Assembly: GCA_963827165.1 (NCBI GenBank)
Contig: CAWGZR010000005.1
Coordinates: forward strand, 544,001 to 608,000
Source: Candidatus Bathyarchaeota archaeon
Lineage (GTDB): Archaea; Thermoproteota; Bathyarchaeia; Bathyarchaeales; Bathycorpusculaceae
Length of the DNA: 64,000 bases
Direction of reading: 5' to 3'
The notes beneath the pieces are model-generated. The model was not told the origin of the DNA. It was given only the letters and a program-made list of their open reading frames with translations, and did not search any database. The position numbers and the translations under genes are program-made. Within the stretch, counting starts at the first letter, position 1, and each line of letters opens with the position of its first letter. Positions 48,166 through 58,162 of the stretch are shown in pieces.

Positions 48166-49578
48166 ATGTCAATGTTTAAAGATATACCTGTTGAAGTTGG
48201 CGTAATCTACGAAGGAGAACGCATCAGAAGGAACGACATGCAAATTGAACTCGGCGGACCCACAGTCAAACAAAAGTTTGAATTAGCAAAAGTAAAACCC
48301 ATGGACCAAATCGACGATGGAAAAATCACCATAATCGGACCCGACATAAAAGACATGAAGGAAGGCGGAGCATACCCGCTTGGCATTCTTGTCGAAGCTG
48401 CAGGCGAAAAACTCGACGCGGGACTCGAAGGAGTCATTGAAAGACGCATTCACGGATACCTCAACTACATCGAAGGATTCATGCACCTAAACCAGCGCTA
48501 CGACATCTGGATACGCCTCGGCAAAAAATCATTCCAGAAAGGCTTAAACAGCTTTGAACCAATCGGCAAAGTCCTGTATCGCCTCTTTAAGAGTGAGTTG
48601 CCAATTATCGAGAAAGTACAAATCACTTTCATTACAGACACAGCCAAACTTGACGAAATGTACCCGGAAGCAGTCCAAGCATATGAGTCACGTGACGCAA
48701 AGGCAAGAGGCCTCAAAGACGAAGACGTTGACACATTCTACGGCTGCGCTCTATGTCAATCATTCGCGCCAAGCCACGTCTGCGTAATCACACCCCAAAG
48801 ATACAGCAACTGCGGCGCTATCAGCTGGTTCGACGGCAAAGCCTCAGCAAGCATTGACCCCAAAGGTCCAGTCTTCGCAATACCCCGCGGACAAATGCTA
48901 AATGCTGAAAAAGGCGAATTCAGCGGCGTAAACGAAACCGCAAAGAAACGAAGCATGGGCGAAGTCAATCAAGTCTGGCTCTATACAGCATTTGACCACC
49001 CGCACACTTCATGCGGATGCTTCGAAGCAGTAACCTTCTATATCCCAGAAGTCGACGGCTTAGCAGTTGTTCACAGAAGCTTCAAAGGTGCAACAGTAAA
49101 CGGCTTACCCTTTAGCACCATCGCAGACTCAGCGGCAGGCGGAAGACAAATCGATGGTTTCCACGGAATGTCCATTGAATATATGCGAAGCAAGAAATTC
49201 TTTGCAGCAGACGGCGGATGGAACCGCGTCGTTTGGGTACCTAAAGAAGTCAAAGAACGAGTCAAAGACTTTATCCCAGCAGAACTGGTTGACAAAGTAG
49301 CAACTGAAGAAGACGCAAAAACCGTTGATGAACTTAAGGCCTTCCTAAAAGCCAAAAATCACCCCGTAGTAGCAAGATGGGCAGCCGAAGAAGCACCAGC
49401 ACCTGAAGCGCAAGCAATACAAGTCACTGAAGAAGCAGCAGGCACAATGATGCCAGTTGCAACGGCAGGAACACTACCGATAATGGCGGGCGGCTTTAGA
49501 ATCATACTCAAAGACGCAAAGATCTATGCTAACAAAGTCATAATCCAAACCGTCAAAGACGACAAAGACAAGCGGTGA
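48166..49578 (+). CDS. cdhC: ACDS complex beta subunit (acetyl-CoA synthase)
   Basis: YEGERIR, ERRIH, FYGCALCQSFAPSHVC, PHTSCGCFE A-cluster motif. Confidence 0.97.
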   Translation: MSMFKDIPVEVGVIYEGERIRRNDMQIELGGPTVKQKFELAKVKPMDQIDDGKITIIGPDIKDMKEGGAYPLGILVEAAGEKLDAGLEGVIERRIHGYLNYIEGFMHLNQRYDIWIRLGKKSFQKGLNSFEPIGKVLYRLFKSELPIIEKVQITFITDTAKLDEMYPEAVQAYESRDAKARGLKDEDVDTFYGCALCQSFAPSHVCVITPQRYSNCGAISWFDGKASASIDPKGPVFAIPRGQMLNAEKGEFSGVNETAKKRSMGEVNQVWLYTAFDHPHTSCGCFEAVTFYIPEVDGLAVVHRSFKGATVNGLPFSTIADSAAGGRQIDGFHGMSIEYMRSKKFFAADGGWNRVVWVPKEVKERVKDFIPAELVDKVATEEDAKTVDELKAFLKAKNHPVVARWAAEEAPAPEAQAIQVTEEAAGTMMPVATAGTLPIMAGGFRIILKDAKIYANKVIIQTVKDDKDKR

Positions 49579-50831
49579 CACAGTTGCCCACAGACGGCGA
49601 CAAGAAAAAAGAAGATGAAGGACTAAAACTCAGCAATGAGTTAATGGAAGCCCTCGCGAAATTCAAACAAATCGAACTTGAAGATTTCCAAATCGACGTC
49701 AAAGAGCTTGAACTAATCTTCGAACCCGGCATGGCTGGGCAAATAATGCCCAAGCTAAAGCTCCCCGTTTCATTGGCAGCCGCAGGCGGAAAACCCACAT
49801 CAATGCTTCAAGTGCCATTCATACCACCAGTAGAAACGTATCCCAACACGATAACAGAAGTCAAACTCGGCGCAACCCGAAAAGAAGGCGGAACACGCGG
49901 AACAACCTTCACCATAGGCGGCGAAAAATCACCTGCATTCTACAACTTCGAGCGACCAACCACCCACAAACCCGTCATCACACTTGACGTTTTTGACATG
50001 GAAGTGCCACTGAGCAAAGCCGTCAAGATGCACGTTAAAGATGTCGTTGGAGATCCAGCGGCATGGGCAAAACTTGCAGTAGAGCAGTTCAAAGCCGACA
50101 TGGTAACAATCCACTTAATCAGCATCGACCCACTGCTAAAGGACGCTACTCCAAAAGACGCAGTGAAAACAGTTGAAAAAGTTTTGCAAGCAGTTGATGT
50201 TCCACTAGTCATCGGCGGATGCGGAGATCCAGTTAAAGACGCAAACGTTTTCGAAGCAATATGCGAGGCTTTCCCAGGCGAACGATTCCTAATCAGCTCG
50301 ATAACACGAGACATGGACGTTGAACGCTGCGCCAAATTCGTCAAAAAAGCAGGACATGCAGCACTCTCATTCACACCAATGGATCTCAACTTAGCGCGGG
50401 AACTTAACAGACGGCTATACGACTACTTAGGCAGAGAAGACATAGTCATGGACTTAACCACCGCAGCGTTAGGCTACGGCTTAGATTACGCGTTCACCAA
50501 CATGGAACGCGCAAGGCTCGGCGGATTAATGGGCGATATGGAACTTGCTCATCCGATGTCATCGGGAACAACCAATGCGTGGGCTGCACGAGAAGCTTGG
50601 CTGAAAATGTCCACGGAATGGGAACCACGCGAACTGCGAGGCCCGCTCTGGGAGGTAACCACTGCCCTGACACTTCTGCTTGCAGGCGTTGACCTGTTCA
50701 TGATGATGCATCCAGCAGCCGTCAAAACACTCAAAGACGTTACTAACTACCTGACCAGCGGCAAAAAAGCAGACGCATCCAAGTATGCTGACTGGGTAAC
50801 CATGAAAGCCCAAGGGGTTGGAAAACAATGA
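49575..50831 (+). CDS. cdhD: ACDS complex delta subunit (corrinoid Fe-S protein small subunit)
   Basis: LGAT...GGTR...IGGE, IGGCGDP, TAALGYGLDY, NAWAAREAW, MMMHP. Confidence 0.95.
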   Translation: MTQLPTDGDKKKEDEGLKLSNELMEALAKFKQIELEDFQIDVKELELIFEPGMAGQIMPKLKLPVSLAAAGGKPTSMLQVPFIPPVETYPNTITEVKLGATRKEGGTRGTTFTIGGEKSPAFYNFERPTTHKPVITLDVFDMEVPLSKAVKMHVKDVVGDPAAWAKLAVEQFKADMVTIHLISIDPLLKDATPKDAVKTVEKVLQAVDVPLVIGGCGDPVKDANVFEAICEAFPGERFLISSITRDMDVERCAKFVKKAGHAALSFTPMDLNLARELNRRLYDYLGREDIVMDLTTAALGYGLDYAFTNMERARLGGLMGDMELAHPMSSGTTNAWAAREAWLKMSTEWEPRELRGPLWEVTTALTLLLAGVDLFMMMHPAAVKTLKDVTNYLTSGKKADASKYADWVTMKAQGVGKQ

Positions 50832-52249
50832 CCGAGAAAAAAAGAGCCAGCTTAAAAGAATTAAGCCCCATTGACATTTACAAGGTTCTACCAAAAATCA
50901 ACTGCAAAGAATGCGGCCAAGACAACTGCATGGCGTTCGCCACAAAAATCGTTAACCGCGAAGTAGAACTCGACAGCTGCAAACCACTTCTAAAACCAGA
51001 AAACGCAAAAGCCTACGAGAAACTCAAGGACATTCTTAAGCCAGCCGTTAAAGAAGTCGTAGTTGGAGTCGGCGACAAAGCAAAGAAACTCGGCGGCAAA
51101 CTCGTAATGTACCGCCATGAATTCACCTACAAGAACCCAACAGCTATCGCAATCGACGTAACCGACGAAATGCCAATTCAAGAAGTCGTCTCACGAGTTC
51201 AGTACACCGAAAACTTCACCTTCGAATACATTGGAAACACACTAAAGCTGGACATGATCGCGGTAAGATGCACATCAGGCGATGCAGACAAATTCAAAGC
51301 AGTAGTCAAAAAAGTCGCGGAAACAACCAAACTACCACTAATCATATGCACATTGAACCCAGCCATAGCAGAGGCAGGCCTAATGGCAATACCCAAGGCA
51401 AAACCGCTACTCTACGCGGCAACCCCAAGCAACTGGAAAGACATGGCGGAACTCGCATTAATGTACGAATGCCCACTAGTCGCATCAGCACCAAACGACA
51501 TGACCGCACTAGTTTCACTCACAAAGACATTGATGACTTACGGAGTAACCGATTTGGTTTTAGACCCGGGCACCTTCCCCAACGAAGGCTTACCTGATAC
51601 AATAAACAACTTCACGATGCTACGCAGAGCGGCAACTAAAGGCGGCGAAGAACTTGCAGGATTCCCGTTAATGGGCGTACCAATGGTCGCATGGGAGGAC
51701 GCAGCAACAGCTGAAGACCTCTTGAAATGGCGCGAAGCATACTTAGCGTCAATGCTCATAGTACGTTACGCAGATGTGCTCGTCATGCACACAGTAAGCG
51801 GCTGGTCACTTCTACCCTCAACAGTGCTTAGGCAAAACATTTACACTGACCCACGCAAACCCGTCGCTGTAGCTCCAGGACTCAAAGTATTCGGAACACC
51901 AGACGAAAACTCGCCAGTAATGTTCACCACAAACTTCGCCCTAACATACTATACCGTCGCATCAGACATCGAAAGCAGCAAACTCAATGCATACCTAATT
52001 GTGGTTGAAACAGAAGGCAGCGCAATCGACAGCGGAGTCGCAGGAAGAAAACTAACTGCGGAACGCGTAGCCGACGCAATAAAAGCCTCAGGCATAGAGA
52101 GCAAAGTCAAACACAGAAAACTCTTAATCCCCGGCAAAGCATCACGAATCAGCGGCGAAATCGAAGAACTCAGCGGCTGGAAAGTCCTCGTTGGACCGCG
52201 CGACAGTAGCGAGATACCCAAGTATCTCATTGAGAAATGGCAACCATAA
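50828..52249 (+). CDS. cdhE: ACDS complex gamma subunit (corrinoid Fe-S protein large subunit)
   Basis: LPKINCKECGQDNCMAFA, RQNIYTDPRKP, TTNFALTYYTV, VGPRDS. Confidence 0.96.
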   Translation: MTEKKRASLKELSPIDIYKVLPKINCKECGQDNCMAFATKIVNREVELDSCKPLLKPENAKAYEKLKDILKPAVKEVVVGVGDKAKKLGGKLVMYRHEFTYKNPTAIAIDVTDEMPIQEVVSRVQYTENFTFEYIGNTLKLDMIAVRCTSGDADKFKAVVKKVAETTKLPLIICTLNPAIAEAGLMAIPKAKPLLYAATPSNWKDMAELALMYECPLVASAPNDMTALVSLTKTLMTYGVTDLVLDPGTFPNEGLPDTINNFTMLRRAATKGGEELAGFPLMGVPMVAWEDAATAEDLLKWREAYLASMLIVRYADVLVMHTVSGWSLLPSTVLRQNIYTDPRKPVAVAPGLKVFGTPDENSPVMFTTNFALTYYTVASDIESSKLNAYLIVVETEGSAIDSGVAGRKLTAERVADAIKASGIESKVKHRKLLIPGKASRISGEIEELSGWKVLVGPRDSSEIPKYLIEKWQP

Positions 52250-52259
52250 GCCATACCCC

Positions 52260-52290
52260 TTCTTCTTTTTAGTTTTTTCTTATTATTCTT
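52260..52290 (+). terminator. Oligo-T archaeal terminator after cdhE
   Basis: ttcttctttttagttttttcttattattctt just after the stop codon. Confidence 0.55.
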
Positions 52291-52417
52291 AGCAAAAAAT
52301 TTGTAACCTGCAATTGTACGTAATACCTTCCCGTGTTTCTTTCGGTTTTTTTTCTGAATTAGCGGTTGTTCATTAAGTTTTTATTTTAGATTGGGAATTG
52401 GGATTGTGGTGATTTTT

Positions 52418-52816
52418 TTGGATCATACGATTGTGCATTTTGAGATTCCAGCCAACGACATCGAGAAGATCAAGCAGTTTTATGTTGAGTTGTTCGGTTG
52501 GAAAATGGAAAAATACCCTGGACCGACAACATACTATCTTGTGGGAACTGTTCCCGTGGATGAAAAGACAATGATGCCTATCCGACCTGGTGTCAATGGT
52601 GGATTATACAATAGGAAGGACTCTTCAATGCCTGAAATGGCCAAGCCAACGAACTACATTTTAGTAGAGTCAGTCGAGGAATACAGTAAGAAGGTTGAGG
52701 CGTTGGGCGGCAAAATTGTTGTGCCTAAGATGGAGATTCCCGGATTAGGCTGGTGGGCGCTGGCGCTGGACCCTGAAGGCAATCACTTCGGATTGTTGGA
52801 GTACATGCAGAAGTAA
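52418..52816 (+). CDS. VOC/glyoxalase family protein
   Basis: IVHFEIPA, FYVELFGW, GVNGG, GGKIVVPKMEIPG, DPEGNHFGL. Confidence 0.9.
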   Translation: MDHTIVHFEIPANDIEKIKQFYVELFGWKMEKYPGPTTYYLVGTVPVDEKTMMPIRPGVNGGLYNRKDSSMPEMAKPTNYILVESVEEYSKKVEALGGKIVVPKMEIPGLGWWALALDPEGNHFGLLEYMQK

Positions 52817-52930
52817 TTGAAATTCGCGACAAAGAATTTCTGCACATGAAAAATCGCGAAGGGGCCGCCAACTGAGGGTTCTGTTGGCTTTCTTTGGCTT
52901 CTATTTGCGATTGGCAGGCGTGGAAATGTC

Positions 52931-53010
52931 TTTTTTAGATGTTTTTAGATGAAAATAGATTTTTCTAGATGTTTCTAGAGCTTTTTAGATGTTTTTAGAT
53001 TTTTCTAGAG
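52931..53010. repeat. Eight tandem 10-bp repeats (consensus NTTT[T/C]TAGA[T/G])
   Basis: ttttttagat gtttttagat gaaaatagat ttttctagat gtttctagag ctttttagat gtttttagat ttttctagag. Confidence 0.9.
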
Positions 53011-53220
53011 ACCAGTTACAACCAATCCAAGCCCTAAACCAAGAAAGCAATCCAAAACACAAACAAAAAAATTTTGGCCAAAAAATACTCTCTCCTTTCT
53101 CTTTTACTTTAAACCCTGAAAATGTCAAAATAGCCCTGCTTTTGAGCTAAATATGTACTAAAAGCTGATAAACCCCTTTTTTCACTTACATCCCCATTCA
53201 AGGGCGAGAAGGGACTAAAG

Positions 53221-54708
53221 ATAGGCTGCGGTATCTTTGGAGCAAAAAACTTTGAAAATCAAACGGTCTTTCCATATGTTTATTGGGGCCTCCGCGCCCA
53301 GAACCATCGGGGTCATCAATCTCACGGTTTCCTAACTTATGACGGTAAGTTTCATGTTTACAAAAGCTTAGATTTGGTTCCAAGGCTTAAAAACGAGGCT
53401 ATACATGAATGGTTCGACCGTTTGCCCGGCTCAGTAGGCATCGGCAACGTACGTTACACGACCTCGGGCAAATGTGACGATGCATCAATCATCGAAGGAA
53501 CCCAGCCTGTTGCTGCAAGTGCAGGCGGAATAAAACTTGCACTCTCATTTAACGGCAACATCGTAAACACTTTACCGCTTAAGAAGGAAATGAGCGACAA
53601 CTTTTCCGACTTCCACTTTAACTGCGACTCAGACGTCGTCTGCCACAAACTGCTCCTTGGACTCAAAGAAGGCAAAGACCTGCCGAGTGCGGTTCGATCA
53701 GTGATGGAAAGCCTTGACGGCGCATTCTCCGTAACTGGGCTCACGGGCGATGGCGACTTTTTCGCTTTTAAAGATCCGCATGGAATAAAACCCCTCTGCG
53801 CAGGGCACGACCCCGCGGGCGCAACCCTCGCTTTCTGCTCGGAAACAGTGGGGTTAGATATGAACAGCTTCGTGAGGGACTTTGAGCTAAACCCAGGAGA
53901 ACTCGTTACCGCTTCAAAAGACGGGTTCAAACGAATACAAATTATCGAAAAACCCCGCCAAGCTTTCTGCTCTTTCGAATACGCATATTTTGCTAGGCCA
54001 GATTCAAGGTTTGACGGCAAATACGTTTATGAAATCCGCGAGGACTTCGGAAGAAACATTGTTCACGAGTTTCCAGAGATAGTTCGAGACGGCGACATAA
54101 TCATGTCAGTTCCTGAAACAGGAGACGATCCTGCCATGGGAGTCCACGAAGCTTCAGGTTTAAGATGGGAACGTGCATCTAGGCGGCACCGCTACGTCAC
54201 CGAACGAGCCTTCATTCTTCTAAACACGGAAAGATTCTCAACTATCGATAAGAAAATCAACATTTTAGGCTCCAAAGTAGACGGCAAACGTGTTATAATA
54301 ACAGAAGACAGCATAGTCCGCGGAGACACGACAAAAATCATCATAGATAAACTTCGAAAGGCAGGAGCCACAAAAGTCTACGTCTTCGTCACGTTCCCAA
54401 GAATCATCGGTCCATGCTTCTATGGCATCGACATGTCAACATACGGGCAACTCATCGGCTCCAAACACAGCACAGAGGAAATCGCCAAAATCATCGGCGC
54501 AGACGCGGTATGCTACCAATCAATTGAAGCATTAATCAAAGCTACAGGTCAAACAGAAAATGAACTTTGCATGGCCTGTATCACAGGCAAATACCCGACG
54601 CCCTGCGCTCAAAAAATGGCTGATGCAATGAAAAAGAAGTTCCTTGAAGGTTACGAGGAAAAATCAAGAATCTACGAAACCGAAGACTCCCAGCCAAAAA
54701 AGCAGTAA
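53221..54708 (+). CDS. purF: Amidophosphoribosyltransferase (Fe-S type); non-canonical start (ATA 53221 or CTA 53215)
   Basis: In-frame CGIFG...AQNHRG from 53227; GNVRYTTSG, FNGN, CSFEYAYFARPDS, EDSIVRGDT, PCFYGID, CMACITG. Confidence 0.93.
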   Translation: MGCGIFGAKNFENQTVFPYVYWGLRAQNHRGHQSHGFLTYDGKFHVYKSLDLVPRLKNEAIHEWFDRLPGSVGIGNVRYTTSGKCDDASIIEGTQPVAASAGGIKLALSFNGNIVNTLPLKKEMSDNFSDFHFNCDSDVVCHKLLLGLKEGKDLPSAVRSVMESLDGAFSVTGLTGDGDFFAFKDPHGIKPLCAGHDPAGATLAFCSETVGLDMNSFVRDFELNPGELVTASKDGFKRIQIIEKPRQAFCSFEYAYFARPDSRFDGKYVYEIREDFGRNIVHEFPEIVRDGDIIMSVPETGDDPAMGVHEASGLRWERASRRHRYVTERAFILLNTERFSTIDKKINILGSKVDGKRVIITEDSIVRGDTTKIIIDKLRKAGATKVYVFVTFPRIIGPCFYGIDMSTYGQLIGSKHSTEEIAKIIGADAVCYQSIEALIKATGQTENELCMACITGKYPTPCAQKMADAMKKKFLEGYEEKSRIYETEDSQPKKQ

Positions 54709-54748
54709 ACATCAAGCGTACCGTCTTGAATTAACACGGTGTAATCTT

Positions 54749-56164
54749 ATGGAGAAAATAGGTGTACTAGTAGTTTCGTACGGCGCAAGAGAAGTTGCAA
54801 TGGTTGATGCGCTACTGCAAAGCACACGCTACCAAGTGGAACTCTTCGTTGCTGATAAGCAACGTAATCCGTACAATATTGAAAAAGCCGTCAAACACGA
54901 GGTTATCCCAAACCTCGATGTTGCGGAGATATGCAAGTTCGCCCAAGCAAACAAAGACAAAATCGACTTCGCCCTGGTTGGGTCAGAAAAACCCATAATT
55001 GACGGCGTCCGCGACCAAATCGAAAAATCTACAGGAATACCAGTCATCTGCCCAAAGCAGCAATACGCCATAGAAGTCAGCAAAGTAGAGCAGCGCCAAC
55101 TTTTCGATGAGATAGCGCCAGAAGCTAACCCGAGGTTCAAAGTCTTTAGCCCGGCTGACTACAAAGGAGGGGCAGACGTCAAAAGCGCAGTTTACCGTTG
55201 GCTAGACGAACTCGACAACCAGGCAGTTGTTAAGCCTGACAAACCTGCTCTGGGGAAAGGTGTCGGAGTCTGGGGTGACCACTTCGCTAACCGCGAAGAG
55301 CTTTTTGAGCACTTCATGTCTAACTTCAAGTACGGCAACGTCATAATCGAGGAGAAAATCGACGGGGAAGAATCAAGTTTCATGGCTTTCTGCGACGGCA
55401 AACACTTCATTGCGCTTCCAGACACAAGGGACTACAAACGTGCCTTCGACGGCGATCGAGGTCCAAACACGGGCGGGATGGGCTCATACAAAGACTCAGA
55501 CGGCAGATTGCCTTTCTTGACCGCCGTGGAACGGGACGATGAGTTGGCGTTAGCGAACAAGATTTTCAAAGGGTGGAAAGCCAAAATCAAAGATGATTCC
55601 GCGCTGAGAGGTGTGCCTTTATACCTTGCTTTTATGCACACAGGGAAGGGGATCAAGGTTCTTGAGAACAACAGTCGCCCTGGCGACCCCGAAATAATTA
55701 ATTTGCTTGCTCTAATCAAGGATGATTTCATCGACGTCTGCTTCAGGATTATTGAGGGAAACTTGACAGGCGTCAAAATGGATAATGCAGCGTCCGTTTT
55801 AACCTACAAGGTTCCACTTGATTACGGCGGCTACGCAGAAGTCTTCCCCGCCCAAGCTCGCCTCGCGGAGGCTAACACTCCGGTTGACTTATCAAAAGCC
55901 CTTTCGCTAACCAAGAAATACGGTAACCGCATCCGCGTTTACCCAGGCTCAATGGAAATCAGAAACGGCAAAAACTACGCATTAAAATCTCGTGCCGTCG
56001 GCGTCTTAGGCATTGCGGATAGCATTGAGGAGGCGCGCAGCATAAGTCTTGAAGGAACCGAAGCAATTTCTGGCGGGGGATTGTGGAGCAGAACCGATGT
56101 CGCCTCAAAGAAAAACATCGCAAAAGCCGTTCAGCACATGGAGAGTTTGAGGCGCAAGGCGTGA
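54749..56164 (+). CDS. purD: Phosphoribosylamine--glycine ligase
   Basis: YGARE, VVKPD..ALGKGV, IEEKIDGEE, DYKRAFDGDRGPNTGGMGS, ENNSRPGDPE. Confidence 0.92.
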   Translation: MEKIGVLVVSYGAREVAMVDALLQSTRYQVELFVADKQRNPYNIEKAVKHEVIPNLDVAEICKFAQANKDKIDFALVGSEKPIIDGVRDQIEKSTGIPVICPKQQYAIEVSKVEQRQLFDEIAPEANPRFKVFSPADYKGGADVKSAVYRWLDELDNQAVVKPDKPALGKGVGVWGDHFANREELFEHFMSNFKYGNVIIEEKIDGEESSFMAFCDGKHFIALPDTRDYKRAFDGDRGPNTGGMGSYKDSDGRLPFLTAVERDDELALANKIFKGWKAKIKDDSALRGVPLYLAFMHTGKGIKVLENNSRPGDPEIINLLALIKDDFIDVCFRIIEGNLTGVKMDNAASVLTYKVPLDYGGYAEVFPAQARLAEANTPVDLSKALSLTKKYGNRIRVYPGSMEIRNGKNYALKSRAVGVLGIADSIEEARSISLEGTEAISGGGLWSRTDVASKKNIAKAVQHMESLRRKA

Positions 56165-57243
56165 AGCGCATCTTCATTTCCGACTGCGAAGGACCGATCA
56201 GCAAAAACGACAACGCCTTCGAATTATCGTCAAACTTTATTCCGAACGGCGACAAATTGTTCACTAACATAAGCAAGTATGATGACGTTCTAGCTGACAT
56301 TTTTCGCAAACCCGGCTATTCGGCTGGAAGCACGCTTAAGCTTATTTTGCCCTTTTTCAAAGCATACGGGCTAACTGATGCGCAGCTGGAAGACTACTCT
56401 GCTAAAAACATAATCTTGATCGCCAACAGTCAAACCACCCTTAGTCACGTACAAACTATCGCCGACGCTTTCATAGTAAGTACCAGCTACGAACACTATA
56501 TCAAAGCCCTATGCAAAGTCACAGATTTCCCATTCAGAAACACATACTGTACCCGTTTAAGTCTTGACAAATGCGGCATTACACCGCAGGAAAAAGAGCG
56601 GCTAAAAGAAGTAGCGCAAGAAATTGCCCAAATGAACACAATTGCCATTCCGCAAGCTTCGAAAGCCCTTGAAGATTTTTCGCAAGGTGACCAAGCAGTT
56701 ATTCGGCGTTTAGACCAGATCTTCTGGAGTGAAATTCCAAAGATGTTCGTCGGCAAATTCCTTGTGGACGTGGTTACTGTGGGCGGTGAACAAAAGGCTG
56801 AGGCAATCCGTAGCGCAGTGAAGCGTTTAGGACGGGAACTGGTCGATGTGATGTATGTAGGTGACAGCATCACTGACGTGGAAGCATTCAAGCTGGTGCG
56901 AGCAGGCGGCGGGTTAACAGTTTCCTTCAACGGCAACGACTACGCGGTTAAGAACGCTGAAGTCGCGGTTCTGTCGGAAAGCAGTCTTGTAACAGCCGTG
57001 ATTGCGGATTTGTTCTGCAGGTATGGGACGGAAAAAGCGCTTGAAGCCCTCCAAAGTTGGAGTAATGCTACGCTCAAAAACAGCGACGTTGACTCTTCTG
57101 TGCTTAAGCAACTTTCGCAGATGTATCCTGATGCCTTGCCTAAAGCTAAAATAATTACGGATCAAAACATGGAAATACTCATAAAAGAAAGCAGCGCGTT
57201 TAGAAAGAAAGTGCGAGGTGTAGCGGTTGGAAAGCTCGGGTAA
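56161..57243 (+). CDS. HAD-superfamily hydrolase-like protein (EhaR-like)
   Basis: GTG start overlapping the purD stop (GTGA); FISDCEGP motif I, IVSTSY motif II, YVGDSITD motif IV, SFNGN. Confidence 0.8.
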   Translation: MKRIFISDCEGPISKNDNAFELSSNFIPNGDKLFTNISKYDDVLADIFRKPGYSAGSTLKLILPFFKAYGLTDAQLEDYSAKNIILIANSQTTLSHVQTIADAFIVSTSYEHYIKALCKVTDFPFRNTYCTRLSLDKCGITPQEKERLKEVAQEIAQMNTIAIPQASKALEDFSQGDQAVIRRLDQIFWSEIPKMFVGKFLVDVVTVGGEQKAEAIRSAVKRLGRELVDVMYVGDSITDVEAFKLVRAGGGLTVSFNGNDYAVKNAEVAVLSESSLVTAVIADLFCRYGTEKALEALQSWSNATLKNSDVDSSVLKQLSQMYPDALPKAKIITDQNMEILIKESSAFRKKVRGVAVGKLG

Positions 57244-57244
57244 A

Positions 57245-58162
57245 ATGGCAGAAGCGGAAATAGAGGACACTTATGCTGAAGCTTTCACTGGGCTCTTTTG
57301 TCGCGTCATTGTCACGGCAGATGACAAAGAAACATTGCAAAAGGCTGCTGAAGATTCCACTGCAGCTCCTTCGGTTGTGATCGGAAGGACGGAAGGCGGA
57401 GTCGAAAGATATCTCACTCAAAAAGAAACCCCTGACCAGCGTTTAGGCGCTTTGTTGCAGATCTGGGGAGAAATTAACCCCAAAAAAACCTTCGAGGAAT
57501 CACTCAAAAAATTTGAAACTGAACTTTCCTACCGAATTCGCCAAGACATCTTGGTTAAGCCCTTCACAGCTGTTTTCGACGCCCTACTAAACGCCGAAGG
57601 AAAATTGGATATGATGGAGACTGTTGGGCATTGCGGCGACGGCTATGAATGGGTAGAAAAACGCTGCGGCCGAGAAGTCATAGTGGTTCCCCTAATGGTT
57701 CCCGACTTCGTGATTGAACGCTACTTAGGCTACAGTCGTGGGGTCATGGGAGGCAACTTTTGGGTAATGTGCAAAACCAAGCAAGCCCTAAAACTTTCAG
57801 GCGAAAAAGCCTTAGCTGCCATCCACAATGTGCCCGGCGTTGTCACACCCTTTGACGTATGCTCAGCAGGTTCTAAGCCCGAAACACATTTTCCCAAGAT
57901 TGGTCCCACAACGAACCACATATATTGCCCATCGCTTAAACAGAAGTTAGGAAAAGAATCCCGAGTACCCGACAATGCAGGCTACTTAGCTGAAGTGGTC
58001 TTTGACGGGGTTTCTTTGGAAGCCGTTAAACAGGCAACCAAAGTAGGCATCGAAGCAGTGCTGGGCGTTGAGGGCGTGGTGAAGATTTCTGCGGGCAACT
58101 ACGGGGGTAAACTGGGAGACCACAAAATAATGTTAAAGGAGTTATTTCATGACAAAATTTGA
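57245..58162 (+). CDS. Formylmethanofuran:tetrahydromethanopterin formyltransferase homologue (divergent Ftr-II/EhaS-like)
   Basis: IEDTYAEAF, ETPD, GDG, GVMGGNF, GSK, TTNHIYCPSL, EVVFDG, ISAGNYGGKLG. Confidence 0.88.
   Translation: MAEAEIEDTYAEAFTGLFCRVIVTADDKETLQKAAEDSTAAPSVVIGRTEGGVERYLTQKETPDQRLGALLQIWGEINPKKTFEESLKKFETELSYRIRQDILVKPFTAVFDALLNAEGKLDMMETVGHCGDGYEWVEKRCGREVIVVPLMVPDFVIERYLGYSRGVMGGNFWVMCKTKQALKLSGEKALAAIHNVPGVVTPFDVCSAGSKPETHFPKIGPTTNHIYCPSLKQKLGKESRVPDNAGYLAEVVFDGVSLEAVKQATKVGIEAVLGVEGVVKISAGNYGGKLGDHKIMLKELFHDKI

Noticed and set aside
45259-52249. Strong A/C-rich strand bias across the cdh operon as a sign of foreign origin
   Set aside because: More simply explained by codon preference of highly expressed genes; gene set and order are typical archaeal cdhABCDE
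52931-53010. Tandem repeat as a CRISPR array
   Set aside because: Units are 10 bp and contiguous with no unique spacers; no cas genes in the window
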